This document shows, piece by piece, positions 21,748 to 31,291 of a stretch of 64,000 bases of DNA. Positions within the stretch are counted from its first letter, which is position 1; each line of letters starts with the position of its first letter. This DNA comes from Candidatus Multivoradales bacterium (GTDB lineage: Bacteria > Acidobacteriota > Thermoanaerobaculia > Multivoradales > JAHEKO01), in the NCBI GenBank assembly GCA_965223155.1, contig CBDCVR010000014.1, positions 1,120,001 through 1,184,000 on the forward strand. Direction: 5' to 3'. The position numbers and the translations under genes were made by a program. The notes beneath the pieces were generated by a model. That model ran no database searches, was not told the origin of the DNA, and saw only the letters and a list, made by a program, of their open reading frames with translations.

Positions 21748-22932
21748 ATGAAACGGAATTCAATTTCTTCGACGATGTTGGCGCCGATTGTGGCGGCCGT
21801 CCTGACCCTTTCGCTGGCAACGAGCGCGTTCGCCGGCTGGCCGGAAGGCGTCGCGGCGTTCAAGTCCGGCAACCTGGGGACCGCCGCGGCCGAGTTCCAG
21901 AAGGTCGTGGATGCTCAGCCGGACTGGCCCGGCGGCCACTTCATGCTGGGCTGGACCTATCTCAAGCAGAAGAAGAGTCAGCAGGCCGTGCAGCATCTGC
22001 GTAAGGCCTACGACCTCAATCCCAAGGATGCCAACACGCAGCTTCGCCTCGGCGAGGCCTACGTCCAGTCGGGCCGGCACTCGGATGCCGTAGCCTTCCT
22101 GAGCAAGATCAACTCTTCGGCCCTACCCAAGGACATGCAGGGGTATCTGGCGCAGCTCAAGGCCGTGGCACTCTCGAAGACCGGTCAGACCGACCAGGCC
22201 GTGGCTGAGTTCGCCAAGGCCGCGAACGCCGATCCGGGGGACGCCGACAAGTGGTTCGCCTATGGCTCGGCCGCTTACAGCGCGGGTGACACCTCCACCG
22301 GCATCCGAGCCCTGGCCAAGGCCGTTCAGCTCGACGGCGGCGATCTCGCCAAGCAGAAGGTCTACGCCCAGGCCCTGCTCAAGCAAGGCCGGACGACCAA
22401 GGGCAACACGAAGATGGACGCCTATCGCAAGGCGGCCGCGGCGGCCCAGAGAGTCGTCGCCGGAAACGGAAGCTTCGACAATCTGATGCTTCTGGGCGGA
22501 GCGGAGCTGGGGGGCAAGAACTACGACGGGGCCATCGCCACCTTCCAGAGGGCGGCGGCGAAGAACGCCTCGGACTGGCTTCCCCACTTCTACGTCGGCC
22601 AGGCGCACACCGCCAAGGGTCAGTACCGCTCGGCTGAGTCGGCCCTGCGCACGGCTCTCGATCGCGCCGGCTCCGCTGCCGACCAGGCCAAGATCTGGCG
22701 GCAGATGGGATACGTCTACGAGAAGCAGAAGAACTTCAACGAGGCCATCAGCGCGTACCGCCGCGGCGGTGACGAAGCCGCCGCCGTCCGTGTCGACGAG
22801 AATCGCAAGATCTCAGAGTACAACCAGGGCGTCGAGCAGGAAGCCGAGGAGATTCAGAAGCTCAAGGAGGAGCAGGACCGCATCAAGAAGGAGCTCCAGG
22901 AGCTCCCAGGCGGACCGCCTCCCGGGATCTGA
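21748..22932 (+). CDS. Secreted multi-TPR protein with C-terminal coiled coil
   Basis: RBS aaggag, signal peptide ending in AFA, repeated TPR motifs. Confidence 0.85.
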   Translation: MKRNSISSTMLAPIVAAVLTLSLATSAFAGWPEGVAAFKSGNLGTAAAEFQKVVDAQPDWPGGHFMLGWTYLKQKKSQQAVQHLRKAYDLNPKDANTQLRLGEAYVQSGRHSDAVAFLSKINSSALPKDMQGYLAQLKAVALSKTGQTDQAVAEFAKAANADPGDADKWFAYGSAAYSAGDTSTGIRALAKAVQLDGGDLAKQKVYAQALLKQGRTTKGNTKMDAYRKAAAAAQRVVAGNGSFDNLMLLGGAELGGKNYDGAIATFQRAAAKNASDWLPHFYVGQAHTAKGQYRSAESALRTALDRAGSAADQAKIWRQMGYVYEKQKNFNEAISAYRRGGDEAAAVRVDENRKISEYNQGVEQEAEEIQKLKEEQDRIKKELQELPGGPPPGI

Positions 22933-22969
22933 GTGGTACCTGAGATCTCAGCCAATCAACGAATCAACG

Positions 22970-22997
22970 AACCGGGGGCCCAGCCCCCGGTTTTTTC
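22970..22997 (+). terminator. Intrinsic terminator between convergent genes
   Basis: aaccgggggc-cca-gcccccggtt followed by a T run. Confidence 0.85.
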
Positions 22998-23885
22998 TTA
23001 TCCGAAGACGCCGGTCCGGTCGCGCAACGGGATGAGACCTCCCGCCAGGCCCGCGACCGTGCCCAGAAGGACCACCAGAGCCGTCTGAGGCACACTCAGA
23101 AACTCTGCCAGGAGCGTCTCGCGCACGACCCACGGCAGGGTCCAGCGCTCGGCCGCCTCGTAGGCTAGCCGCAGAGCCCCCAACGCCAGAATCGATCCCG
23201 CCGCCCCCTGGAGCACCCCTTCCGCCACGAAGGGACCCCGGACGAAAAACTCGGTGGCGCCGATGAGCCGCATAGCCGAGATCTCTCCCCGATGGATCAG
23301 AGTAGACAAGCGCACGACACTGGCGATGGTCACCGCCGCCGCCACCATGAGCAACGCTCCGAGCGCGATGCCGGCCAGTCGCACGATCCCGGCCACGGTA
23401 TCGACGCTACCCAACCACTCCCGATCGTCGTCTAGAGCCTCGACGCCTTCCCAGCCGGCCAGCTCGGCGGCGAGTTCGTCTCCCGCTCCGGTTTCCAGCT
23501 CAAGCTCGAAAGCTCGGGGCAGGAGAACCTCACCATCCGCCTCGATCGCGTCCACAAGCTCAGGAAACCGGCCTCGAAGCCGCTCGGACGCCTCCTCGGA
23601 CGTGACCAGCCGTACCGCTCGAATGCGGGCGTCTCCGGCAAGCCTCGCTTCCAGCTCGGCCAGATCCACCTCGCCGGCAGACGCGGCCGGATAGAGCAAC
23701 ACGCGAGCTTCCGACTGCCAGCTCGCCACCGACCGGCCCAGATTGGACCCCGCGAGCAGCAGCGCGCCCCCCAGAAACAGGCTGACCGCGGTCGTAGCGA
23801 CCGCCAACGAGCTGATCCGCCAGCCACGCGCCACGTTGGCGGCGGCTTCGGCCAGAAAATAGAGAAGGGCCCGCGGCAGTCTCAC
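22998..23885 (-). CDS. ftsX: Cell division permease FtsX
   Basis: EISAMRLIGATEFFVRGPFVAEG; 4 TM; coupled to ftsE. Confidence 0.88.
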   Translation of the reverse strand: MRLPRALLYFLAEAAANVARGWRISSLAVATTAVSLFLGGALLLAGSNLGRSVASWQSEARVLLYPAASAGEVDLAELEARLAGDARIRAVRLVTSEEASERLRGRFPELVDAIEADGEVLLPRAFELELETGAGDELAAELAGWEGVEALDDDREWLGSVDTVAGIVRLAGIALGALLMVAAAVTIASVVRLSTLIHRGEISAMRLIGATEFFVRGPFVAEGVLQGAAGSILALGALRLAYEAAERWTLPWVVRETLLAEFLSVPQTALVVLLGTVAGLAGGLIPLRDRTGVFG

Positions 23886-24598
23886 GCCACCGGAACCGCC
23901 GTCATCCCGCGGCCGGCCGTGGCCGTCGATCCGGCCAACCCGGTGTCCGCGACCAGAGCGCCTTCATCCAGGACTAGTTCCCGCTCGCCGACATGCCGGC
24001 GCAGGGCCGGATCGTGGGTCGCCAGGATCACCGTCGTTCCCTTGCGGTGAATCTCGGCAAAGAGCTCCGCGATCTCCTGCGAGCGCTCCGGATCCAGGTT
24101 GCCGGTCGGCTCGTCGGCGAGCAGAAGCGCGGGCTCGTTGATCAGGGCGCGGGCGATGGCGACTCGTTGCTGCTCGCCTCCGCTCAGTTCGTGCGGATAG
24201 CGGTCGTGGTGCGAGGCCAGTCCCACTCGCTCGAGGGCCTCGCTCGTCTTCGCCTGCAAGAGCTTGCGGCCGACGCCGCTGATCCGCAACAGGAAGGCGA
24301 CGTTGTCGAAGACCGTCCTGCGGGCAATCAGTGAGAAATCCTGAAAGACGATGCCCATGGTCCTGCGCAGATACGGGACCTTCTTGCGCGGCAAGGATCC
24401 AACGTTGCGGCCGTTGACCAGAATCTGTCCGGTCGTGGCCTTCTCCCCGCGATAGATCAGCTTGAGAAACGTGGACTTGCCGGCCCCGCTCCTCCCCGAC
24501 AGCAAGACGAACTGACCGGCAGGAACGTGAACGGTAAGATCCGAGAGCGCCCGCCGATCCCCCGGGTAGATCTTGGACACGCCGAAGAAATCGATCAC
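23882..24598 (-). CDS. ftsE: Cell division ATP-binding protein FtsE
   Basis: [42 protein letters not shown]. Confidence 0.93.
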   Translation of the reverse strand: MIDFFGVSKIYPGDRRALSDLTVHVPAGQFVLLSGRSGAGKSTFLKLIYRGEKATTGQILVNGRNVGSLPRKKVPYLRRTMGIVFQDFSLIARRTVFDNVAFLLRISGVGRKLLQAKTSEALERVGLASHHDRYPHELSGGEQQRVAIARALINEPALLLADEPTGNLDPERSQEIAELFAEIHRKGTTVILATHDPALRRHVGERELVLDEGALVADTGLAGSTATAGRGMTAVPVA

Positions 24599-24612
24599 GA
24601 GGTTAGTTTAGC

Positions 24613-25311
24613 GTGCAGCCGCCGCCCGCGATCGAAGCCACTTTCCACCGCGAGCCCGGGCCCCACTGGAAAGCCGGTGGCGGTCAGGACCCCGTCTTCC
24701 TGTTCGGCGGACGCCAGGATTGGTCCCATCCCGACGACGTTCTGGCGCTCCTCGCCGAGGCCGGGATCGAAGCACCGCCCAGCGCCTACCTCGACCAGGT
24801 GCACTCGGCACAAGTGGTCGAGGCCGTTCCCGGAGCGAACGGTACCGGCGACGGACTGTGGACGCGCAATTCCTCGATCGCGCTCACCGTACGGACCGCC
24901 GACTGCCTTCCCGTGCTGTTCGCTTCGGCCACCGTAGCGATGGCGGTCCATGCCGGTTGGCGTGGCCTGGCGGCCGGAATCCTGACCCACGCGCTGGTCG
25001 AGCAGCCGGCCGCGCCGGCCGATCTCACCGCCTGGATCGGCCCCGCAATCGGTGCGTGCTGTTACGAGGTGGACGCGCCAGTGGCCGACCGCGTCGTCGC
25101 GGCCAGCGAGGAAGGAGCCGTCGATCGGGTCCTCGGGAACAAGTACTGGCTGGATCTCCGGCACGCGGCCGAGTGGCAGCTACGCCGGTGTGGTGTCGAG
25201 CAGATCGGCCACGTTCCGGTCTGCACCCGCTGCCGGCAAGATCTGCTGTGGAGTCATCGCGGCGGCGCCGGAGGGCGGGGCCGCAACCTTTCCGCCGTCT
25301 GGCTGGGTTGA
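24613..25311 (+). CDS. pgeF: YfiH/PgeF family (peptidoglycan editing / purine nucleoside phosphorylase-like)
   Basis: QVHS, TADCLPV, HAGWRG, IGPAIGACCYEV, CTRC, SHR. Confidence 0.88.
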   Translation: MQPPPAIEATFHREPGPHWKAGGGQDPVFLFGGRQDWSHPDDVLALLAEAGIEAPPSAYLDQVHSAQVVEAVPGANGTGDGLWTRNSSIALTVRTADCLPVLFASATVAMAVHAGWRGLAAGILTHALVEQPAAPADLTAWIGPAIGACCYEVDAPVADRVVAASEEGAVDRVLGNKYWLDLRHAAEWQLRRCGVEQIGHVPVCTRCRQDLLWSHRGGAGGRGRNLSAVWLG

Positions 25312-25353
25312 GGCTGGGCGGCCCGGGGCGCGGCCCGGCGGCCCCTCTCGCTC

Positions 25354-25644
25354 CTACATTCCAGGCCGCTGGCGGCGGCGCGTAGAGCGCGTCGGATCGA
25401 TTCCCAAGCCCTTGAGGATCTCGAGGTCCTGGGCGTCGATGCGGAATACGGGACTCGTCCCCGTTGTCGAGACGCCCTCACCGATCGTCGGTTCCGGCTC
25501 TCCGTTGCGGTTCACCACGAAGAAGAGCGAGTAGCCCTCGCTGCGGACCTTGTCGAACAGACCACGAACCTCCTCCGAACTCGACAGAGCACGTACGATG
25601 GCGTGCCTGAGGTCGTTGAGAAGTTCCGTTCCGCCCGAGTTCAA
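25354..25644 (-). CDS. Small hypothetical protein
   Basis: AAGGAG RBS then TTG at 25644; host-like codon usage; FRIDAQDLEILKGLGIDPTR; has its own promoter. Confidence 0.65.
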   Translation of the reverse strand: MNSGGTELLNDLRHAIVRALSSSEEVRGLFDKVRSEGYSLFFVVNRNGEPEPTIGEGVSTTGTSPVFRIDAQDLEILKGLGIDPTRSTRRRQRPGM

Positions 25645-25669
25645 TCGCGTGCTCCTTGGATCGACCGTC

Positions 25670-25698
25670 ATTATCCGCCCGCCCCGGACGGGTGTCAA
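25670..25698 (-). promoter_or_regulatory. Sigma70-type promoter
   Basis: TTGACA (25698-25693)-N17-GATAAT (25675-25670). Confidence 0.65.
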
Positions 25699-25700
25699 AC

Positions 25701-25728
25701 CAACCGAAACCGACCAACCGAAACCGAC
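25701..25728. repeat. Perfect 14-bp tandem duplication in a divergent promoter region
   Basis: caaccgaaaccgac x2. Confidence 0.85.
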
Positions 25729-25770
25729 TCTAGGCCGGCACCACGCGGCCTGTGCTAGCTTGCACCGGCC

Positions 25771-26817
25771 ATGGAGGTGAAGGCTCAGAACGCCCCATCG
25801 AAAGCAGATCTCGACGAGTGGCTCGGGGCGGTCGGCTACGGCGGCGGCGTTCGGACAGCGCTCGCCGGAGACGTCTCGACCCGCCGCTACTACCGGCTCC
25901 GCCTCCGGGGTCGTAAGCCCTCGATCTTGGCCGTCTACCCGGCGGACGGCGCGAGCACCGCGAACCGATTTCTCGCAACTACCGAGCTCTTCCGTCGGGT
26001 CGGAATCGACGTCCCGGCGGTCTTGGCGGCCGAGCCCACCCGTGGCCTCATACTGCTCGAGGACCTTGGCGACGAGACGCTTTTTTCATTTCTCGATCGA
26101 CCGCCCCCGGACGAGACACCGGCAGAGCTTGCCGGCCAGATCGAGGCCGCCGCGGAACAGATCGAGGTCATCCAGAAGCTCGAAGCCGAAGCTGTTTCGC
26201 ACCTCAACCCGCCCCTGGATGCCGCGCGCCTACTTGGCGAGCTCGAGCCGGCGGTAGAATTCCTGCTCACCGGCTTCGACGAGGTCTCACCGGCTTCGAT
26301 CAAGACGCTCCGCGCCTTCTGTGAGCGGCTCTGTGCCGGGGCGGCGGCTCCCCAGCTGGTGCCCGCGCACCGCGACTTCATGGTGCGGAACCTGATGGCG
26401 TTTCAGGATCGCTTGGTCGTGATCGATCACCAGGACACCTGCCTCGCGCCACCGATGTACGACCTGGCGAGCTTGCTCAATGACAGCCTCTTCGCCCCGG
26501 CGGCCTTCGAGCGGCGGCTCCTGGACCGGTACGCGCCGAGGGTGGACGAGCTTGCCAACTACCGGCGCTGCGTGGTCCAGCGCACGCTCAAGGCCAGCGC
26601 TACGTTCGTGCGCTTTGCCTTGAGAGGACGCGACGACTACCTGTGGCAGGTGCCGATCCTGCTTGCCCGAGCCGCCCGCGCTGCTCGCGATCTTCCCGAA
26701 GCCGAGCTGGTCGGCAACTCCTGGCTTGACTCCTGGACCGACGGCCGCGCCGTCGAGATCGCCGTCCATCGGGCGCTAGCGGCGGGAGCCAACGGAGCCA
26801 GCGAGCCCGAGTGCTAG
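25771..26817 (+). CDS. amgK: AmgK-like (APH-family) anomeric MurNAc/GlcNAc kinase
   Basis: [41 protein letters not shown]. Confidence 0.7.
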   Translation: MEVKAQNAPSKADLDEWLGAVGYGGGVRTALAGDVSTRRYYRLRLRGRKPSILAVYPADGASTANRFLATTELFRRVGIDVPAVLAAEPTRGLILLEDLGDETLFSFLDRPPPDETPAELAGQIEAAAEQIEVIQKLEAEAVSHLNPPLDAARLLGELEPAVEFLLTGFDEVSPASIKTLRAFCERLCAGAAAPQLVPAHRDFMVRNLMAFQDRLVVIDHQDTCLAPPMYDLASLLNDSLFAPAAFERRLLDRYAPRVDELANYRRCVVQRTLKASATFVRFALRGRDDYLWQVPILLARAARAARDLPEAELVGNSWLDSWTDGRAVEIAVHRALAAGANGASEPEC

Positions 26818-26860
26818 ACTGAACTCTCGACTGGCAAGCAATTCCCGGAGGGCCTACATC

Positions 26861-27043
26861 GTGCCGACACTTGGCGTCCAAGAACTCCTCATCATCCTCC
26901 TGATCGTACTCGTGATCTTCGGAGCCTCCAAGTTGCCGCTCTTGGGCCGCGGACTCGGAGAGGGAATCAAGAACTTCAAAAAAGGCCTGAAGGACGATTC
27001 AGACGAGAACTCTGGCTCGTCCGGATCGGAATCGACCGGCTAG
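26861..27043 (+). CDS. tatA: Twin-arginine translocase TatA/E
   Basis: [37 protein letters not shown]; RBS ggag. Confidence 0.93.
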   Translation: MPTLGVQELLIILLIVLVIFGASKLPLLGRGLGEGIKNFKKGLKDDSDENSGSSGSESTG

Positions 27044-27815
27044 CGGCAGGCTCCAAGGAGCCGCCGAACAGCGACTGCGCCTCGAGGAGTAGCAGATCGT
27101 CTTCACCGGTCCGCCGCCACAGCCGTTGGTGGTGGTCCACGTACCGGCCGAGCACCTTGCGCACGTAGCGCTGGGTCTCCCGAAACGGCGGCAAGCCTCC
27201 GAACCGGCGTACGTTGCCGGGACCGGCGTTGTAAGCCGCCAGCGCCAGGGCCAGGTCGCCGTCGAACTCCTCGAGTAACCAATTCAGGTAGCGGGCGCCC
27301 AAATCCACGTTAGAGGCCGGGTTGCTCGGGTCCGAATAGCCATAGAGAGCCGCGGTATCGGGCATCACCTGCATCAAGCCGATCGCGCCGACGGGCGAGA
27401 TCGCCTGCTCGTTGAATCCGGACTCGACCTCGATGACGGAGGCCAGTAGCAGCTCGTCGATGCCGTACTTCCGGGCTGCCCGCGCGATCAAGCGCGAGTA
27501 GGGAACGCCCTTGAGAGCCGCCAGGCGTTGGTCTCGATCGTTGTAGGAGTGAAACAGGCGAAAGCTCTGGTGGCGATCACGCACCGCTTCGACCATGTCG
27601 ATCGAGCGCACCGCTTGAAATCCCGTGGGACGAAAACTGTAGCTATCGGTATCCAGCCAGCCCAGGAGCTCGTCCAGAACCGCAATCTCCTCGAGAGAAG
27701 GCGGCGCGGGACGATCCTCCGCCACCGAAGGAATTCCGGGCGGAGAGTTGAGCGTCGCGATCACGAACAGAATCGTGCCGACGGTGACCTTGGAGGTACG
27801 CGAGCGAATCGACAT
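26976..27815 (-). CDS. Lytic transglycosylase (SLT domain); the true stop may be at 27040
   Basis: [30 protein letters not shown]; signal-like N-terminus. Confidence 0.88.
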   Translation of the reverse strand: MSIRSRTSKVTVGTILFVIATLNSPPGIPSVAEDRPAPPSLEEIAVLDELLGWLDTDSYSFRPTGFQAVRSIDMVEAVRDRHQSFRLFHSYNDRDQRLAALKGVPYSRLIARAARKYGIDELLLASVIEVESGFNEQAISPVGAIGLMQVMPDTAALYGYSDPSNPASNVDLGARYLNWLLEEFDGDLALALAAYNAGPGNVRRFGGLPPFRETQRYVRKVLGRYVDHHQRLWRRTGEDDLLLLEAQSLFGGSLEPAASRSIPIRTSQSSRLNRPSGLF

Positions 27816-27865
27816 GGCGCTAAGACGGAAAATCCGGCACGAGTGGCCGGTACGGCCTGCCTAGG

Positions 27866-27882
27866 TGCAAGCCGGATACCAA
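27866..27882 (-). promoter_or_regulatory. Sigma54 (-24/-12) promoter upstream of the SLT gene
   Basis: Minus strand TTGGTATCCGGCTTGCA with GG-N10-GC spacing, about 50 bp before ATG 27815. Confidence 0.6.
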
Positions 27883-27945
27883 CTCGAGGAGCTAGAGCCG
27901 GGGCTCCCGGACCTCCGGTAACCCCTTGAATCAAAAGGGAATCTT

Positions 27946-28221
27946 CTAGCTGTCGAGGCGTGCCCGGCGGCCGGGGCGGCGCCTGGCGGGCGCCAAATAG
28001 TCCTTCCGGTGAATGCCAAGACTACTGACCTTGTTGCGCAGCGTGTTGCGGTGAATCCCAAGCCGCTCGGCGGTCTTCGACAGGTTGCCCTCGTTCTTGC
28101 GCAAGCTCGCCAGGATGAACTGCTTCTCGAACTCCTTCGAAACCTGGGAGAGGGTCAGGCCGTCGCCGGCCAGCTCGTCGACGAGCTTTGTGAGCCTCCC
28201 GTTGAAGTTCTTCCGCTTCAT
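27946..28221 (-). CDS. Small Fis-family HTH DNA-binding protein
   Basis: EFEKQFILASLRKNEGNLSKTAERLGIHRNTLRNKV; RBS gagg. Confidence 0.85.
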   Translation of the reverse strand: MKRKNFNGRLTKLVDELAGDGLTLSQVSKEFEKQFILASLRKNEGNLSKTAERLGIHRNTLRNKVSSLGIHRKDYLAPARRRPGRRARLDS

Positions 28222-28403
28222 CCTCTCAGTCGGACTGTGCCAGAGCTTCGGACCATACCACGAACGTCGACGGCCCAACCCCGCCTTCGAGACGAATTCG
28301 CGGACCGATCCGAGCGCCGCACATCGCACGGCTCAAGCCCGGGTCGACCGAAGCCGACAGCGCGCAGAACGCGCGACTCCTAGCCCGACGAACCCGCTCT
28401 GGG

Positions 28404-29576
28404 CTACTGCTTCCGGACGATGCGATCGCCGACGTGAATCGCGTAGCGCGACTCGAGCACCTTCGCGACCGCCGAGCGCCCGCGCACTGCCAGCACACCA
28501 AGCTCGCCAATGACCACCGCCGGGTGGCCCGGGCGGTTCAGCCGGTAGATCGAGTAGATGTCGCCGGGGGTCATGTCCTCCCCTTCGGCGCTCAGATAGA
28601 CGACGTGACCGCGCCCGATGGTCTGGATGTTCGCCTCCGAACGAACCACGGCGGCGGCCGAAACCAGGACTTCGGCGTCGACCGGATCGTTGATCCCGAC
28701 CTGTGGCGTGCGCCGGGCCAGCGGGATGGGTTGCGCTCGATACGGCACCAGGCCGGCCCCGACGTTGATCGGCATGCAAGCGTAGGTCACCTCGGCAATG
28801 GCGGTCTCTTGCTGCGCCGACAGCACCCGCACGCGACCGACGTAGCTGTAGAAGCGTCCCAAGGGCTTTTCCGTCACGGGATGGGCCACCCGCTCGCGTG
28901 GGATCACCACGCTGAAGAGATCCCCCGGCAGGAGCCCGGCTTCGCGGCCGCCGTCCATATAGACAATGTCGCCCAGCGACAGTTCGATCTTGACGGTGTC
29001 CAACTCGCCGTAGTCGCCGGTGATGTTGGCTCGCTTCGCGGGCACCAGGGTCGGAATCAAACTCTGATATTCCGAACCGATCAGCCGACGCGGAAACTGC
29101 GCATCGTCTTCGTCGATATAGCCGGAACACTGGACGTCGACTTCGCTGCCCAAGGCCTCGGGAGCCGACACCCCGCTCGTGAGCCGCAGGTCGCCGTCAC
29201 CCTCGCCACTGCCATCGGCTCCGGACCCGTCCGCGGCACCTTGGATGTCCTCGATCGACGTAACGTCGAATCCGACCACCAGCGGGTCGCCCGGATAGAT
29301 CCAGTGCGCGTCCAGCACGTACTGATTCTGCTCCCAGATCTGCGGCCAGAGATAGGGATTCCCATAGAACTGAGACGCCAGGTCCCAGAGCGTGTCGCCC
29401 CGCTTGATCCAGTAGATCTGCGCGCCCTCGGGAAAGGACGTCGGCGGATTCCACGCCGTCCAATGATCGCCCACAAGATGCAGGTCGGTCGGCGGTTGGT
29501 GAGCCGCCAACGGCGCGGCGAGTCCTCCGAGAAGACATGCCGCAAGCAGGAAGGTAGAAGTCGTTCGCAAGGTCAT
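28404..29576 (-). CDS. Secreted LysM-domain protein
   Basis: Signal peptide; YWIKRGDTLWDLA...YGNPYLWPQIW...HWIYPGD. Confidence 0.9.
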   Translation of the reverse strand: MTLRTTSTFLLAACLLGGLAAPLAAHQPPTDLHLVGDHWTAWNPPTSFPEGAQIYWIKRGDTLWDLASQFYGNPYLWPQIWEQNQYVLDAHWIYPGDPLVVGFDVTSIEDIQGAADGSGADGSGEGDGDLRLTSGVSAPEALGSEVDVQCSGYIDEDDAQFPRRLIGSEYQSLIPTLVPAKRANITGDYGELDTVKIELSLGDIVYMDGGREAGLLPGDLFSVVIPRERVAHPVTEKPLGRFYSYVGRVRVLSAQQETAIAEVTYACMPINVGAGLVPYRAQPIPLARRTPQVGINDPVDAEVLVSAAAVVRSEANIQTIGRGHVVYLSAEGEDMTPGDIYSIYRLNRPGHPAVVIGELGVLAVRGRSAVAKVLESRYAIHVGDRIVRKQ

Positions 29577-29631
29577 GGTCCGCCGCCTCCGACCGGTCCG
29601 GTCCGGAATCTAGGACGTTTGAATCGGGACC

Positions 29632-29661
29632 AAGCTACTGGCTTTTCCTCGCGGCTGTCAA
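29632..29661 (-). promoter_or_regulatory. Sigma70-type promoter for the LysM gene
   Basis: TTGACA (29661-29656)-N18-TAGCTT (29637-29632). Confidence 0.55.
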
Positions 29662-29758
29662 GTTTTAGGGTCACACCCCTCAAGTGCTACTTGAGGCGCG
29701 CGCAGGCTGGCGTCGAGCCCTTCCCGCGCCGCTGGTTCGGTCATCCGATGCCGGCGAG

Positions 29759-30538
29759 CTACGGACTGCGCTCGAGCCGTTCCTCGGCAACCGCCGCGGC
29801 GGCCGAGTTCGGAAACTCGCGTAACACCACCTGGTAGCTCATCCGCGCCCCCTCCTGGTCGCCCAGCTCGGCCTGGCAATCGCCCAGCTTGAGCAACGCA
29901 TCCGGTACCTTGTTGCCCTCCGGATAGCGCTCGATGGTCTCCTGGAAGGCGGCGAGCGCGCCGGCCGTGTCCCCACGCGCGAGCCGCGCCTCTCCAATCC
30001 AGAATTGGGCGTTGTCACCGAGATCCGTGCCCGAAAAAGCGTTGAGGAACTGCCGGAAAACGGCCTCGGAGTCCAGATACCGCCCCTGGTGATACAAGGT
30101 GTAGCCCCTATCGTAGAGCTCTTGGGCCTCGACTCCGACGACCGCCGAGGTCGTGGCCGGCGGGCTCGCGGCACCGCTGGAGGACGGACTCTCGATCGGT
30201 TCGTCCGTCACCGGCGGCGGCAGCTCGGTGACTTCCACCGCGGCGCTCTCGGGCGGTACCGGTGCCGTCGGCTCCGGCGTCGGCGCCGATCGCTCGGCCG
30301 GTTGCGGGCGCTTCGAGGTTCCGGATTCGAGATCAGCGATTCGGGCTTCGAGGCGGCGAATCTCGACCTCGGCCACCGCCGACTGGCGTTGGAGCTCGAC
30401 GACCCGGCGTTTGAGCTCCTCGACCTCGGCCGGAGAGACCGTCGGCGCCGGTGCGCTCTGACGGGTGGTAACACAGCCCGACAAAGGCAGCACAAGCACG
30501 ACGAGGGCTGCGGACGTCCAACGTCTCGATCGCATCAT
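29759..30538 (-). CDS. cpoB: YbgF/CpoB-like TPR lipoprotein
   Basis: Lipobox LSGC, coiled coil, DNAQFWIGE, YPEGNKVPDALLKLG. Confidence 0.8.
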   Translation of the reverse strand: MMRSRRWTSAALVVLVLPLSGCVTTRQSAPAPTVSPAEVEELKRRVVELQRQSAVAEVEIRRLEARIADLESGTSKRPQPAERSAPTPEPTAPVPPESAAVEVTELPPPVTDEPIESPSSSGAASPPATTSAVVGVEAQELYDRGYTLYHQGRYLDSEAVFRQFLNAFSGTDLGDNAQFWIGEARLARGDTAGALAAFQETIERYPEGNKVPDALLKLGDCQAELGDQEGARMSYQVVLREFPNSAAAAVAEERLERSP

Positions 30539-31291
30539 CTACGGTCCTTTCTCCAGCTCGGCCAGATACTCGCTGTCCGGGTGCTCGTCCCGCAGCCGCT
30601 GCCTGGCCTCCTCCGCATCCTCGGCGCGTTCCAATTTCTCGAGGGATTCGCTCAGATAGAACAACACCTTGTCGATCTCCCGATACTCGGGATAGACCTC
30701 GAGCAGGTCCTCAAAGCGGTCCACGGCCGCCAGATGCAGCCGGAGCTTCTGATTGAACCGGCCCTTCAGGAACTCGGACTCCGCCAGCCGCTGGCGGATC
30801 TCGATCATCTGTTCACGCGACTCGACGACGTAGTCGCTGGTCGGGAAGACGCGGATGACGTCCTCGAAAGCCTCGAGCGCTTGGCGGGTGATGCTCTGAT
30901 CGCGATCCGGCGGTCGCATCCTCTTGGCGAGGCTGGCGGCGATCTGGTACTGGACGTAGGCGGCCTTCGAGCTGGTCGGGAATCGATTCTGGAAATCCCG
31001 GTACTTGGCCTCGGCCCGGACGTGGTTCTGAAACCCTCCCTGGAGAAAGTGGGTGTCGGCGACCAGCAGCAGGGCCTCGCGGCCGATCGCCGAATTGGGC
31101 TCGACTTCGAACGCGTGCTGCAGGTACTCGCGGGCCAGGGCGTATTTCTCCTTCGCCATCAACTCGTTGCCTTGCTCCAACGACTCCTCGGCGGAGAGCC
31201 TGAGAATCGGATCTTCGCGCTCTTCGCCGGCGCAGGCACCCAGAACGAGAAGCGCCAACGCCAGTCCGGTCCCAAGAGTCCGCCTGCTCAT
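30539..31291 (-). CDS. bamD: Outer membrane assembly lipoprotein BamD
   Basis: Lipobox LGAC, RFPTS...AYVQY, DRDQS, RLAESEF, TPR fold. Confidence 0.85.
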   Translation of the reverse strand: MSRRTLGTGLALALLVLGACAGEEREDPILRLSAEESLEQGNELMAKEKYALAREYLQHAFEVEPNSAIGREALLLVADTHFLQGGFQNHVRAEAKYRDFQNRFPTSSKAAYVQYQIAASLAKRMRPPDRDQSITRQALEAFEDVIRVFPTSDYVVESREQMIEIRQRLAESEFLKGRFNQKLRLHLAAVDRFEDLLEVYPEYREIDKVLFYLSESLEKLERAEDAEEARQRLRDEHPDSEYLAELEKGP

